Positions 25,260-37,433 of a stretch of 64,000 nt of DNA are shown piece after piece. The DNA lies in assembly GCF_033153115.1 (NCBI RefSeq), contig NW_026889812.1, forward strand, positions 186,001 to 250,000. The letters run 5' to 3'. This stretch comes from Saccostrea echinata. Lineage: Eukaryota. The notes beneath the pieces were generated by a model. That model saw only the letters and a list, made by a program, of their open reading frames with translations. It was not told the origin of the DNA and made no database searches. A program made the position numbers and the translations under genes. Within the stretch, counting starts at the first letter, position 1. Each line of letters opens with the position of its first letter.

Positions 25260-26920
25260 CACATGGCACATAAGAACCGAAGTACAATATCATTAACTGC
25301 TGAAATGTTAATTTTGCAGTTGTAATTTACTTAATCTATCTAAGTATATCAGTAAGAGCAGATAAATATATCTGTAGGCTGTCATAACAAATACGGGAAT
25401 TGTTTACCTCGGCCTACACTTGTACCTGAAGAACATGAGAATAATAACCACAAATTTGCTGTATCTATTGATTTAATCAATATTTATATTATCAATGAAA
25501 AACACGTAATAGGTAACTGTTCAAAAAATGTACAGTAGGGGGAATATATATAAATTTTATCGATATTTTCAGTCGACAAAAGTATGAAAAATTACATAAC
25601 ACATGTAACAACATAATTTAGTATGTGTTTTGTGCATTTTCTGATTTGCAAAAATGTTCATTAATATTGAAACTATGCAAACTTCTATGAATTATATTCA
25701 TAATTTTCTATTTAAAAAAATTAAATTTAGTATTTTAACTCTCTGCTGACACGAACTTGGCAGTCAATATCAAATGAAAAAAAAAGCCCAACAAAATCAG
25801 AACACAAACAAGAAAATCAATGTTTTTGAAAGCCTACTAATGATTAAACAAACTTGAAATAATTTAATAGCAGATATTTCTTTTTCAAAAATCATCGCTT
25901 ATACGTTCATATAGCATTTCACACAGAGATATGATAAAAGCGTATTAAGAAACTTCTTTTAAATTTTACCCATAATACTTCAGAAAAGTAGAAACTTTGT
26001 TATCTATTAATGAAAATATTAACACTATAATCTAGATAACTATAAGATTGAAATGCGAGAAAGCCAAAACAAGTCAATCAATGCTCAATGATGTGTGCAG
26101 AGTTTAATAAATCGAACAAAACCGGTGAAACGTAAACATTAACAAAATAGAGCTCGTGCCCTGTTTACAAAAACAGAATGTTTGACTTGCTGTTAAAAAG
26201 AATGTCGTTGACATCGAATTCTTAGAATATTCATGTAAGTTCAGTGTAAAATCAATTTATTTAACTGGTTTCATTTTTAAATAAACAGAGAAATTTAAAA
26301 AGTAAGACTCGCAACTGTGTCCATGCCCCTTTAAGCGGCAGATTCTAATTTCATGGAGTCTTTTGCCTACCTTGTAGTACACTCTCTTTGCATGTCAATT
26401 TTTACTCGTCACAGAAGAAGAACACGTTGGCTAGAACCAACACAGTACTGCGAGAAAGAGCAGATGAGGACTGTTGACATATTTGAGCACATTCGGCATC
26501 TATAGAAAATATGTTTTTTTTTTTCTTTTTCTCTAATTTGCTGATGTTTGTATAGTTTTTGATAGCACTTCCTATAAATTATGTGGGGTTTACATGTGCA
26601 ATGTCTGGAATGTTAAAGTGTATGTGTTCGAGCCTGTCTTTTTGGCATGCATACGTTAATCGTTTCATAACTATAAAATAACTTAAAATATGTATATTAT
26701 TGTATATTATCTTTTAGATGACAAAGGTAACATCATTAGACAATCTTCAAGAGAATTATATTCGAATCATACGAGGAATCTTGTCATTGTTTTCTTGTAG
26801 TGAAATTAAGATTTCACTTTGTTCATTTTTTACTCATCTCTTTGAAGTCTCATTTGATCCTAGAAGTAGTATGATCCAACTAAACGAGTCTTAATTTGGT
26901 TAGGGTAGTTTTGTAAGGAT

Positions 26921-27110
26921 TATTTAAGTCATATAACCACTAAATGGATCAAATACCCAGCGCCTGCGTTTGAAGATTGTTGCCCCTGATTCTTTTTTCG
27001 GTTACTGGTGAATTTATACCTATGTTACTTTGATTGGATGCTTAAACGCTGATTTAGCTTTTAAGTAAAGCGCATTTCATCTGATCCGTCAGTGGTTATA
27101 TGACTCATAA
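26921..27110. repeat. Inverted-repeat element
   Basis: agtcatataaccactaaatggatcaaat ... catctgatccgtcagtggttatatgact. Confidence 0.7.
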
Positions 27111-27543
27111 ATTACCTTTAACTGCGACAAGACGCTTTTAATTAAGGGATTTATTCTTCACAGAATATCAACTAATGTGGTTATAGCAAGTTATACATTT
27201 ATTGATAGATTTCATACTATGGATTTTTATTAATATCAGCTGTTCATTTACCTGCTTTATCTCCCTCCGTTCATTTTTGACAAGTAGAGCTGCAATCTCA
27301 TCAGATACCTTTGTTATATCACGTCTTGTCGTATTGTCATTACCTACTTGAAACTTTGAACAAAATAAAAAAAAATCTTTATGATTTAAATTTTATTTTA
27401 CTTGTAGCACATACACATTTGACATGTCCATTGCAGTAATCTGAATACAGATAAAATAAAAAGTACATCAGATTTATGTTTTGTTTTGCTTTCTTTCTTT
27501 AATGAACAAATTATCAGGTAAATGACCAATAAAGTGGTTGATT

Positions 27544-29286
27544 TTAATGCAGGTATTTGATTTTCTCCAGAGAGCTTGACAAACTGAAGAAATATTTCCA
27601 AGAAATGAGAAACAGATAGTCATCTGAATTTGTACACAACCCACCAAGAGCATAAAATCCAAATTCTAGGAATTGAAGGAATCGTCCATTCTGGTCTATT
27701 ATGTGGACACAGTTGTTATCATAATCAGTTGTGAGGATGTTACTCTGACTGTCTGTAGTGATTCCTCTTGGATTGAGTGTTCTATTCCATGGAGCAGGAG
27801 TATGTCCAGAATATTTGAATCTCAGTTTCCCGAACTGATTGACTACAACTATTGCTTTAGCTCCGCTGTCAGCCACACAGATATCAAGGTTCCTGTTCTC
27901 ACATATGAGTTTATCAGAACCATCTGATGAATAGAGAGGTGTACCCTTATAAACGAACTGAATGGATTGTTTTTCCGTGGAGTCAGAGTATCGGACAACT
28001 TTCGATTGTTTGTTGTCATCACTTTCCATGGTAACCAGCAGGTCACCAGAGGAAGTGCTACAGATACCAAGAGGTTTCCAGTTATTTAATCTAATCACCT
28101 CCTCTTTATTTTCATTCTTCACAATGTTAACAGTTCTCTCACATATATCAGTATACACTAGTTCTCCACTTTTTGTCACTGCTATGTCTGATGGGAGGCT
28201 GTTTATTGTCCTTGTTCTAATTGACTTGAGTGGTGAACCCTGATTGATGCTGTAGAGGGTCATGGTACAGCTATTATCACATGTCCATATCTTTTCATCA
28301 CTCAACCAGGCAACTCTTCGAAGGTAGCCAAAATGATAAATACGCTGGTCGAAAAGCTCTGGTTCATTACGCAGTTTTTTTTGAGGGGCATTAACTTTTA
28401 ATAATCTCTCTTTGACTAAAGGAGGAGAACTAATTATACGTTTATTTTTTGTTGTCTTTATTATGTTTCCATGCTCTTTTGATTTAAGTGGAATTAAAGA
28501 CAAATCTCCAAAGTGAGAACAAAGTTCTTCCTCTTGAATGGCTTTTGGTGTAAATTTTGGTGCAGACAAAACAGGTATTTGTGGAAAGATTTTATGTTGA
28601 TCAACAGTGGATCTTAAATTGATTATTTTTGAAATGTCATTAGAGTCTTTTGCAATATCTAATAAATTGATTTCCTGTTTTATGTCAATCATTTTCCTGT
28701 TAATTTCATCCAGAATTTTCTGTAACGTTTGTAACTGCGAACTCTTTATTTTGTCAATTTGGTTTTTAAGTTTATTGACAAGTTTGTCGATTTCTCTTTG
28801 CAGGACTTCTCCCTGTTTTGTTATGGATGTTAAGAGTTCTCCATATTCCTTTTCTAATTCACTTATTTTGTTTTGTACATTAGATGCCATCTCTAGGTAT
28901 TTTGGATTAACGTTTTCATTTAAGTCAGTTTTGTATTTGTTTATCTTGTCCTTTTTTTCATCCAGAACTTCTAAGATTTTTGATAATTTATTACTGATAT
29001 GTTGATCAGACGAAAGGCAACTGGCGCAGACGGAAATGTCACATTTTCTACAGAACATCTCACATCGTTCTTTTTCATGGGAGGTACATTCAGGGTAGAT
29101 GGGAGTGGAATTCCTGGACTGGTATTTGACTACTTTATGATCCTTGGATTCATCTCCAGCAGAGATGTGTTCTCCAACACAGGCCTTACACAGGTTGACG
29201 AGGCAGGTATCACAGTGCATCTGTACTTTAACAGTCTCACACAGATCACAATGTATAACATTCTGGGCACTTGTACGAGGGTCCAT
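27544..29286 (-). CDS. RING-less TRIM-like protein (B-box1, B-box2, coiled coil, NHL-type propeller), 580 aa, intact; copy 3
   Basis: Same domain order and motifs as 13712-15511, ending KIKYLH*. Acceptor with branch point actaattttag| 17 nt before the ATG. Confidence 0.93.
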   Translation of the reverse strand: MDPRTSAQNVIHCDLCETVKVQMHCDTCLVNLCKACVGEHISAGDESKDHKVVKYQSRNSTPIYPECTSHEKERCEMFCRKCDISVCASCLSSDQHISNKLSKILEVLDEKKDKINKYKTDLNENVNPKYLEMASNVQNKISELEKEYGELLTSITKQGEVLQREIDKLVNKLKNQIDKIKSSQLQTLQKILDEINRKMIDIKQEINLLDIAKDSNDISKIINLRSTVDQHKIFPQIPVLSAPKFTPKAIQEEELCSHFGDLSLIPLKSKEHGNIIKTTKNKRIISSPPLVKERLLKVNAPQKKLRNEPELFDQRIYHFGYLRRVAWLSDEKIWTCDNSCTMTLYSINQGSPLKSIRTRTINSLPSDIAVTKSGELVYTDICERTVNIVKNENKEEVIRLNNWKPLGICSTSSGDLLVTMESDDNKQSKVVRYSDSTEKQSIQFVYKGTPLYSSDGSDKLICENRNLDICVADSGAKAIVVVNQFGKLRFKYSGHTPAPWNRTLNPRGITTDSQSNILTTDYDNNCVHIIDQNGRFLQFLEFGFYALGGLCTNSDDYLFLISWKYFFSLSSSLEKIKYLH

Positions 29287-29694
29287 GACTAGAGCTTATG
29301 ACTCTAAAATTAGTAAAAGAAAACCGAATCTTAAAGAATAACTTAAGAATTGTTTCTGGTTTAATTTATAAAACCAGACTTAATTGAAGAAATGGGCAAG
29401 TTTTCTTTATTTTTTTTCCTTTCCTCTACAAAATTGACAGAATCTAATTTCTGATAATGATATTAACATGTGAACATAACAGAAAAATGAATCAATTTAA
29501 TTGCAAGTTCCCACGTCATGGCAAAAAACTCGCATGATACCAAAGGTGTTTTTGAATTCATTGAAATACTATGTATAACTACATGATTTTATAGGAAAAG
29601 AAAAACATTATTTTCTAACTATGATAAATAAATAAAAGAAATCATTTGTTTGGAAAATAGGTGTTGAAGTTTTAGATAATTCAACCAATAACTG

Positions 29695-29815
29695 TTACCT
29701 GCTTACAATTGAGAAATGGCAGCTGTGTCCGTGCCAACAGAAATTCAATTCACACTGTTCCTAGTCTCACGATTTATACAATTATTATCTACCAAGTCAA
29801 GGTTTTTGAATGTCT
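29695..29815 (-). promoter_or_regulatory. Putative non-coding first exon / promoter of TRIM-like copy 3
   Basis: Donor CAG|GTAA (ttacctg) ~400 bp upstream of the acceptor; shares gtcc(g/t)tgccaac and ttatctacc with the other upstream blocks. Confidence 0.55.
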
Positions 29816-30347
29816 GTGCTCTACTCTTTGACCAATATCTATTTAAAGTTCATAACGTTAACAGTTCATAAATTTTGAATGTTGTGTAATGGTATTGGTT
29901 CTGATAAAAATGTACCTTGCCGTTGATGCTAGAAATAATTGAATTAAAATTTCTCACACTTAAGTGTTGTTTCTCATATCAAAGGTATAAAACTCTTCTA
30001 AAAGCGTAAGAGCTAACTGGTAAAAATTTGTTGGTAAAGCACATGTTTATACATGTTTTTGGTGGAATTCGTCTATGATATTTTGAGGAAGAATTATCTT
30101 GTTTTTAATTCTAAAACAGGGAAACTTTGTATTCTTGATAATTACTTAGGCAATCACCTATGCTTTTTTGTATCATGTGTCAGCTTGCCCCTAAACATTA
30201 CATGCCTCTTATTGTTATGATTTCTGGTCTATGCCTTAACCACAGATGACACTACATGTCACAGATGGCATTTACGATTAACATGTTTCACCATCTATAT
30301 ATGTGCATTTATTTTTTTTTTCTGTTCAACTTATTTTTTTTTATCAG

Positions 30348-30942
30348 TTCAACAAGTTACTCAGAAATTTATTAAAGACTGTTCATTTCTTGAAGCTGAT
30401 TTTCTTGATTTGTATTCATCTGATGAACTGCAATGTCAAATGTGTAATTAGCAAAGAACAGCGAGTCAAAATATTTTTCACATATCATATCAACTTTTGC
30501 AAAAAGATTTTTTGTCCTTTGGACCCACTGAGCTCATACTATTCACGGTAGCTCAGTCGGTAGAGCGCTCGCTCCGTAATCGGGAGGTCGTGAGTTCGAA
30601 TCTCGACAGCGACTTAACTAAGTCGATAAAAAATGGGTAGCAACTGTTCCTTCGCCATGCGCTCGGCACTTTGAATTGAAAGATGCGGGTTCTTCGGATG
30701 AGACCTTAAAAACCGAGGCCCCGTGTAACGGCAGACGTTGACACGATAATGATTCCTCACTGCTAAACGGCCCTGAGTACTGAATAGAGGTCAAAATTTA
30801 AAGCACTTCACCGGTATATGGTGACGTCTCTATATGAGTGAAAAATTCTCGAATGAGACGTAAAACAACATACAATCAATCAATATCCACTGAGCTTTTA
30901 ATTGAGTGTTTGATACGACATATCTCAAACAAAGTTTGGCAT
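30348..30942 (+). pseudogene. CARD/death-fold-like exon remnant interrupted by a SINE
   Basis: After a strong acceptor (tttttttttatcag|) and removal of the SINE plus one TSD it reads QQVTQKFIKDCSFLEADFLDLYSSDELQCQMCN*QRTASQNIFHISYQLLQKDFLSFGPTELLIECLIRH. The helical pattern resembles CARD; one internal stop. Confidence 0.35.
30538..30886 (+). mobile_element. SINE family A, full length
   Basis: Same structure as the 10308 copy; TSD ccactgagct at 30525-30534 and 30887-30896. Confidence 0.9.
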
Positions 30943-31559
30943 GTAACAATTCTCTATTTACTTAATGTGGTAACTTTTACCTGAACTGGACTCGTAAAAT
31001 GAAGGGATTTACATTTGTCTGCAATATTTCTCTCCGTTTGTTTTATTTCTTGAGTCCCTATAAATTAAAATAATTATGTGACTTTTTCACGGTTCGAAGT
31101 ATTTTGCTGTACAGATCCCACCTGTGTGGACGTACGCCTAACCATTCTAATATTGCTATTTTACTCGAACATGATAAAATTATTCACGACTGGAGAAAAA
31201 TGTGATGTTATTTGCATAAGCCAAATCAACACAAACACACAAAATGCACAGAAAACAACGAAATAAACTTTAAACAATGACAACATTAGAACAACTAAAA
31301 GTCGGCCATGAGTTTTTAGGTGTATAATGCAAAGGATACATATACTCTTGTACTGCTATCTGGGATTGGAAGACTTATATGGCTTATGGATATTTAGGAA
31401 TCGGGTTCAACTTCAACAAAGTGAAATATCCCCTATAGGTATATACCATTAATTGGTTATCACTGTTGTGTGATAATCTGCAAGAGTTGACAGTCTTTCT
31501 ATAATTAAACAGGATAAGTAGAAATATACCAAACCGTCTACATGTATTACAGTTTCCTG

Positions 31560-31938
31560 AATTTAAATATGACTGATCATGCTTTGGCTGGTCTTGAAAA
31601 AGAAGAAATTGAAGTTATTTTTAACAATATATCCAATGTAAACCTTTGATCGTCCATTGTGCCCCTATCCTACCCCATATAAACTTCTTCTTAGGGCTTA
31701 TTAGCTCTTGATAAAAAAAAATCCTGAAAGAAGCAATTAAATTTTATCTAATTCTCAATTATATCCCTTTGAAATAGGACATGACCTGCATTTGAATAAA
31801 AGTAAATTCATTTAATCCAAGTATGCTTTGTCGCAAGTTTAGTTAAAATCGGGTCGGTGTTTCTTGAGAAGAAGTCGAAAACGTGAGGATTCCAGACGGT
31901 AGCCGAGTAGAATGTGACCAGATCAGGCGAGCTAAAAC
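31560..31938 (-). mobile_element. Pearl/Helentron-associated element with Cg170-like monomers
   Basis: Reverse strand begins ttttagctcgcctga and contains cacgttttcgacttcttctcaagaaacaccgacccgattttaactaaacttgcgacaaagcat, homologous to 10270-10795. Confidence 0.7.
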
Positions 31939-32125
31939 GTCCAATAAAGTAATTGTTAATTAAATGACTGAATACCCTCGCTCTGATTTCTTTATATAAA
32001 TCAATCAACTCTAACCTGATTCCTATCCCTATTAATCCTTATAGACTACAGTATATATGTATACCTTATTTTTTATTGTAATGAATACAACATTGTATAC
32101 ATAGAAAACAGCAAAATTGAATTAC

Positions 32126-32442
32126 CTTTAAAATCCTCTTTCAAATTTTGCAGAATTTGCGTTTGAAACTCAACATTAGACCGTCTCTCACACAAGTATG
32201 CTCCACATTTGGTCTTTCAAAGTCTTGTCATGGATGCGCTTGGCCACATTTAAAACATAGTCCTCTGGTGACATTGACTCTGATAAGGTCAATATGCCCT
32301 CCAGGGTAACGTTGTCCTCAGTCAGTCTGTGAGTGAGACCTTTATCCTCAAGCTCCTTCAAAGGACAAGATAGGGTAAGGTCAGACTTTGGCCCCCTCAT
32401 CAATTTTGTTCATATTTATATCCAAGAAACTCTTGAACTTAC
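32126..32442 (-). pseudogene. MIF4G-domain exon, inverted orientation; copy B
   Basis: KGLTHRLTEDNVTLEGILTLSESMSPEDYVLNVAKRIHDKTLKD / AYLCERRSNVEFQTQILQNLKEDFK|gt; same GAGGATTTTAAAG|GT exon end as 21100. Confidence 0.75.
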
Positions 32443-33148
32443 CTTTAAAGAAAAAAGATGTTTTACCGCCCTAGCTCTTTATTAAGGTTGCTAAGCAACA
32501 CAAAAGACATAGCAACATTTTTGACAGATTTTATGCCTTTGCTGCCATAATACACAAAATAATTTGACTATATTTAATTCTTTAGAATAATACAATAGTT
32601 GAAAAGCTAAACATTGATTAAATAAAGAATTTTCAAACAGTTTATCTATTTATAACATAAATGAACATCTTCCATTGCATATATGTACCTTAGCAAGTGT
32701 TGATTTCCCTAGCGGCATATTATGATAATTAATAGCCCATTAACAACCTATGGCAATTACGACAAAAGTACTTGTGCATATGTATATAAGTAAATGTAGT
32801 CTATTATAATAAAATCAGACAGAGAGAACTCTTCCTTTTGGCATGTACATTTCCTAGCAACTAATTATATTCCTTAGCAACAAGAATCTTTTATAATATA
32901 TATGACGTCGTTTGAGTATGTGTCTTATGTAATGAAAATGTATCTGAACAAGATTTCACTTAATACACATAGTATGTTGCTAATATTCAACGTTTATAAT
33001 TGACAGGAATGAAATTATTATTTTTTATAAATTATAATGTCCCTTGAAGCAAAAATTATATATACACTGTACCACGTATTTTTGTTAAGTCAATTAAATG
33101 AACACATTTGCTATATTACTCCTCTTTTAAACAAGAGGGAGCCTCTTC

Positions 33149-35159
33149 CTAGTACTCTGTATAACTGTCACTGTCTGTTTCAGGTATATCTTCTGCATTC
33201 AAGACCCTGTCTAGCATGCTTGCCTTAAGGATAGCTCTGTTTATGTGTCGTTGGTACCCTAAATACCATAAAACACTTGCTACGTGGGCACAGGTACCAA
33301 CGACGCGGGCACCAGATTTGCATGTGCAAAACCACCCTGTGATGGTTGAATTTTCGGGTGAATACTGCGTATCCATAAATTGTGTATGTTGTTGTTTGAA
33401 TGCCTGGACTAAATTTTTACTCGAACTAAATCCGGTAAATCTTTACATATAAGAATAGAAGAAAGCCCGTCATCTGCTATGTGTTCAGCAGTGTAAGGTT
33501 GGACCTGCTTCAACTGGTATATGCCGAATGTAATCTGTCGAAGATCATCTAGTGATAATTTTGGAAATTTGTCAAGGGTCTCAGATTCTTCAGTTATGTT
33601 TATGTATGTATTTCTCTTTCTAATCAAATTGTTTTCCTCTACTAATGACTTGACATGATTCCCGAGCTTCGACTTCTCTAACATTTCTTTGGCTATCCTT
33701 TCTCCTTCTGGATTATGGTTGGCTAGTGGTGGTCTGAAGTTGTTGCAGAGTGAGCAAACTATTGGCACAAAGTCACCTACTGAACTAACATAATGGTTTG
33801 ATATAACTTTATCTAAGAGTTTCCAATTTTTGATTCTCCCGTTGACACTCTCCACTACCCAGCGCACTTTTGTAATTAAACGGGAAAGATTTGCTTCTTC
33901 AGTGCAACGCTAACTTGATCCTTTGCTTAAATAACATGGCATTTCCACTTGTAGACCACAACTATTTAGGAAATCCATGGAATCATGGAATCCGCGATCC
34001 ACAATACATACGTCATCAGAAGTGATCCAATCAGCAAGATTTTCAGCATTTGTTTTGAACATATGTTTTGCTACATGTATGCATGCGTCACTGTTCTTGC
34101 CATTTGCTCTGTAAGGCCCGAGTACACTTAAATATAACCATCAGATCCAGCAATAACCATTATTTTAACAAGTGGCCGGTGTTTGTACAAATTGTAAGAA
34201 ACTCGTTGAAAATGATAGTCTGAACTTTTTGCATATACATGTATATGTACCATCCATTATGAGCACCGCAGAATTAGAAGTTCCAGATGTAAAAAGGGTT
34301 TTAGCTAGAGGGGTTGTATGTTGTTGTGCAAAGGTATCATGATCAATGTGATGAAATCCAAGATTTTTTGGAACATAATCATGAATTGAAGCATTCTTGG
34401 CAGCATGGATAGACCTTTGTATTTGTGATTTCTTTAGAGAAAACAATACGGCTAGAAGATTATTTGATAAACCTGTGAGTTTTACAAGCAAGATTGCAAG
34501 ACAGGTTCGTTTAGATCGGACAGATGTATTTCTGAGAGAGGTGAGAGATGACAGGACTTCAATACATTGATTCCTAGACAGTCCTGTAAAGTAATGATAA
34601 TCTTCATCTGACAATGATAAAGGATTTTCAAAGTCTAATCGAGCTTTTAATTACATTGATTGTCTCATCCTCTGAAGAAGGTCAGCAATATCTGTCCTGC
34701 TGAGATATGTCTGATCAATTGTTCCTTCAATCTGTGACATTGCAGAGTGGGTGAGTATGTCATTCTGAAAATGAGACTTGCAGGATCTACATTTTTCGTC
34801 TACATATATTCCTTTTTCAAGGAAGATGTTGGTTCTTGCCCGTAAAGGAACCACTCGCATGCGATTTGCTGAGTTTTTTTTTTCTCAGACAATACAACAT
34901 TTGTGTGATTTTGAGGTGCTCGGAATTTGAAGTTTTACTGATTTTGGACTGAATTGTTCATCAGGTTTATTTACTGTACTTTGCAACTTTATTTTTTTTT
35001 AGATCTATAGAGTTCCCTTGAACAGCTCAAACAAGTTATATCGTCTTCTGTGGCTCTGCGAACGAGAATTTTTGATAAATATTTTCGGAAATGGCCTGAT
35101 TTTACATGTCGTCTATTGCACCTTCTGTGGCAAACGCAACACTCATAGAGTTTAGCCAT
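33149..35159 (-). mobile_element. PIF/Harbinger-ISL2EU group (DDE_Tnp_4-type) transposase pseudogene with C-terminal SWIM finger
   Basis: Fragments give N-terminal CxxC fingers, FTGLS..LLVKL.TGLS HTH, IMDGTY, VDRGF, RWVVESVNGRIKNW and WFCTCKSGARVVGTCAH (CxCx(n)CxH SWIM). Multiple stops and frameshifts; termini not identified. Confidence 0.85.
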
Positions 35160-37090
35160 TTGTGCCTGCAATAATTGATAAAAGTTTGACTCTAATCTAG
35201 TACATATAACCAGTTCACAAAACATTAAAAATGCCACTAATGATTTTCCATACATGTAATTTAATTATACTGAATCCGTATGAGTTCATTTAATATATAA
35301 CTTTAATTTATAAACATATTTCAACTTTTTGTTTCATTCATTAAACCTTAACGGGTTATAATTGCTTTAAAACTATTTATTTATTTAATTCATTTTTTTT
35401 TTATTCATTTACATGTATTATGAATTAATTATCCTTATCCATTGAATTATTAAGACCTAACCTTTCTTGTGTGTATTTATTTAATTATTTATTTAAATGA
35501 CTCTTATCACCAACGTAATTTTGTTACATTTATTTATATTGTATCAACAGGTGCTTGAGGACAGGACCCCCCCCCCCCCCCCCATATATTTAGGGATTCC
35601 CAAGTTATTTTTTTTTTTCATGATTTATTTTTCAAGCATATGTTGATGTATATTTCTCTATAAAAGTTCACAATTAACGCGATATAACTATTTATAAAAA
35701 GTATATACACTGGTATACATCTCTATGTATCACCCTTCGTGTACCCTTTTGTTTTACGTTTAGCAGTTCTTCCCTTTTGTTTCAATCTGTCCTGGTTTAC
35801 GACTAGATTGATCATATCATAGACATATATAAATGTTTAAATATTTAATTTTTTGCATGATTTATGATCATGCTTACTTATATATTTTTTATAGTGTAAT
35901 AGATGGGTATTGCTACCGAAAAAAAGGAAAAAAAATGTTGCATATGAGCGCACATCCTTGACACGATGATCTGTAACTAATTACAACAGCACACCGTCAG
36001 AAACGAAAGTACAGCCAAGGAACACACGTTCATCAATTTACACATCAGAAAAATCTTTGATCATATTAATATAGAAAATTTAAATGTATATAGCTTCAGC
36101 TTTTAAGTATTTTTAAAATTTCCAATAAAAAAAAAACACACACAAAACAAAAACAAAATATGTATGGTATAGCTAATATGCTGGTTGTCAATATTTTGTT
36201 TTTCTATTCAATTCTATCAATTTGGAATGGGGAAAAAATCTGAAATATCTTTAAACTATCGCAGATGTATAAATAAATACTTACATTATTGGATATTTGC
36301 ACAATTCTATTTTTTTCTTCCCTTTTTTCTTTATTTTTAAAGCAGACATAAGTTCGCATTCCGATTCCGATTGCAATTTTTGCAACACATCCAACACATA
36401 ATTTCTTTTCAAAAATATAGAGCACAAAATTGCCTATTTCTGATATTTGCACAAAATATTAATTGTGTCAACTGCTTTCATTTTGCGAAGTTTCACAGAT
36501 AGGCAAGCGTGTGCTCATAGTATATTCTAGAATCCAGGTAAAATGGCTAAAATGCAAAAGTCATTGATATTTCATAATACAAATAGTAGCATTTCTTATA
36601 GCATTTTGAAATAACATTTTATGTTGTATTAGTGCATATTCTATTAAGTAAAAATAACCTCCAAATATGTGTTTTGTTTCCATTTTATTTTAATGAAACG
36701 AGGGGACCATCAAGGACCCTTACCCTATTGTGTCCTTTCAAATTTTCACCAATTTCAAAGCATGCTTTAATTATTGAGGTAGGAGGTCATCAAAACATTT
36801 TACCACTATACCCTTAAGACTAATCATAAAAAAAAATCAACAATTCAAAATCCATTGTAATAAATCACAACTGTAAAACATGTGCTTTTTTTAAAACTTG
36901 AAATGAATATTATATGAAATGAATATACATTCCTACAGAGTTAACTATTATTAGGCCAAGATCTAGAGCTAGATGCAACGAATTTTGCTACTATAAAATG
37001 TAAAAACATATATAGTATTACTTTACCTGATTGTGAAGCAAGAGATCTAAATATGTCTACAATAAAACTAAAGGTTTTCTTCTCTGTTCA

Positions 37091-37433
37091 ACCGTTCACG
37101 GTAGCTCAGTCGGTAGAGCGCTCGCTCCGTGATCGGGAGGTCGTGAGTTCGAATCTCGGCCGCGACTGACCTAAGTCGAATAAATTGGGTAGTAACTTCC
37201 TTCGCCATGCTCTCGGCACTTTGAAGTGAAAGTTGCGGGTCTCTCGGATGAGACCTTAAAAACCGAGGCCCCGTGTCACGGCAGGCGTTGGAACGATAAA
37301 GATCCCTCACTGCTCAATGGCCGTAAGTGCCGAGTAAAGGTCAAAATTTGAAGCCCTTCACCGGTATATGGTGACGTCTCTATATGAGTGAAAAATTCTC
37401 GAATTGGACGTAAAACAGTATACAATCAATCAA
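37091..37433 (+). mobile_element. SINE family A, full length
   Basis: TSD tcttctctgttca at 37078-37090 and 37434-37446; intact A and B boxes. Confidence 0.92.

Larger units (their letters stand above)
20288..25325 (+). pseudogene. Multi-exon MIF4G-domain (CTIF/SLIP1-like) pseudogene with possible N-terminal death-fold exon; copy A
   Basis: Candidate exons 20288-~20500, 20566-20615, 20808-21100 (ag|...RGTIQEVEYYLKGLTLNLTKDNLEDILT...KSIYER / KDLEIANSGAFICDRLSNVQVQAAKIRNVILRYVQEDFK|gt) and ~24780-25325 (EVVYMLIVKLHCTGKDLDLQDQPRMSGLLDQMRTHVIK...RSTISLTAEML). These match recalled CTIF/MIF4GD helices (IYQKAVSD..AKLCDKM..KFRSLLLNMLQKDF; ELQSTGRLLE..MTELL). Frameshifted, with a MITE inside the last exon. 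Confidence 0.7.

Noticed and set aside
26340-26880. Possible further plus-strand exons downstream of MIF4G copy A
   Set aside because: A good acceptor at ~26718 but the translation is too degraded to assign.
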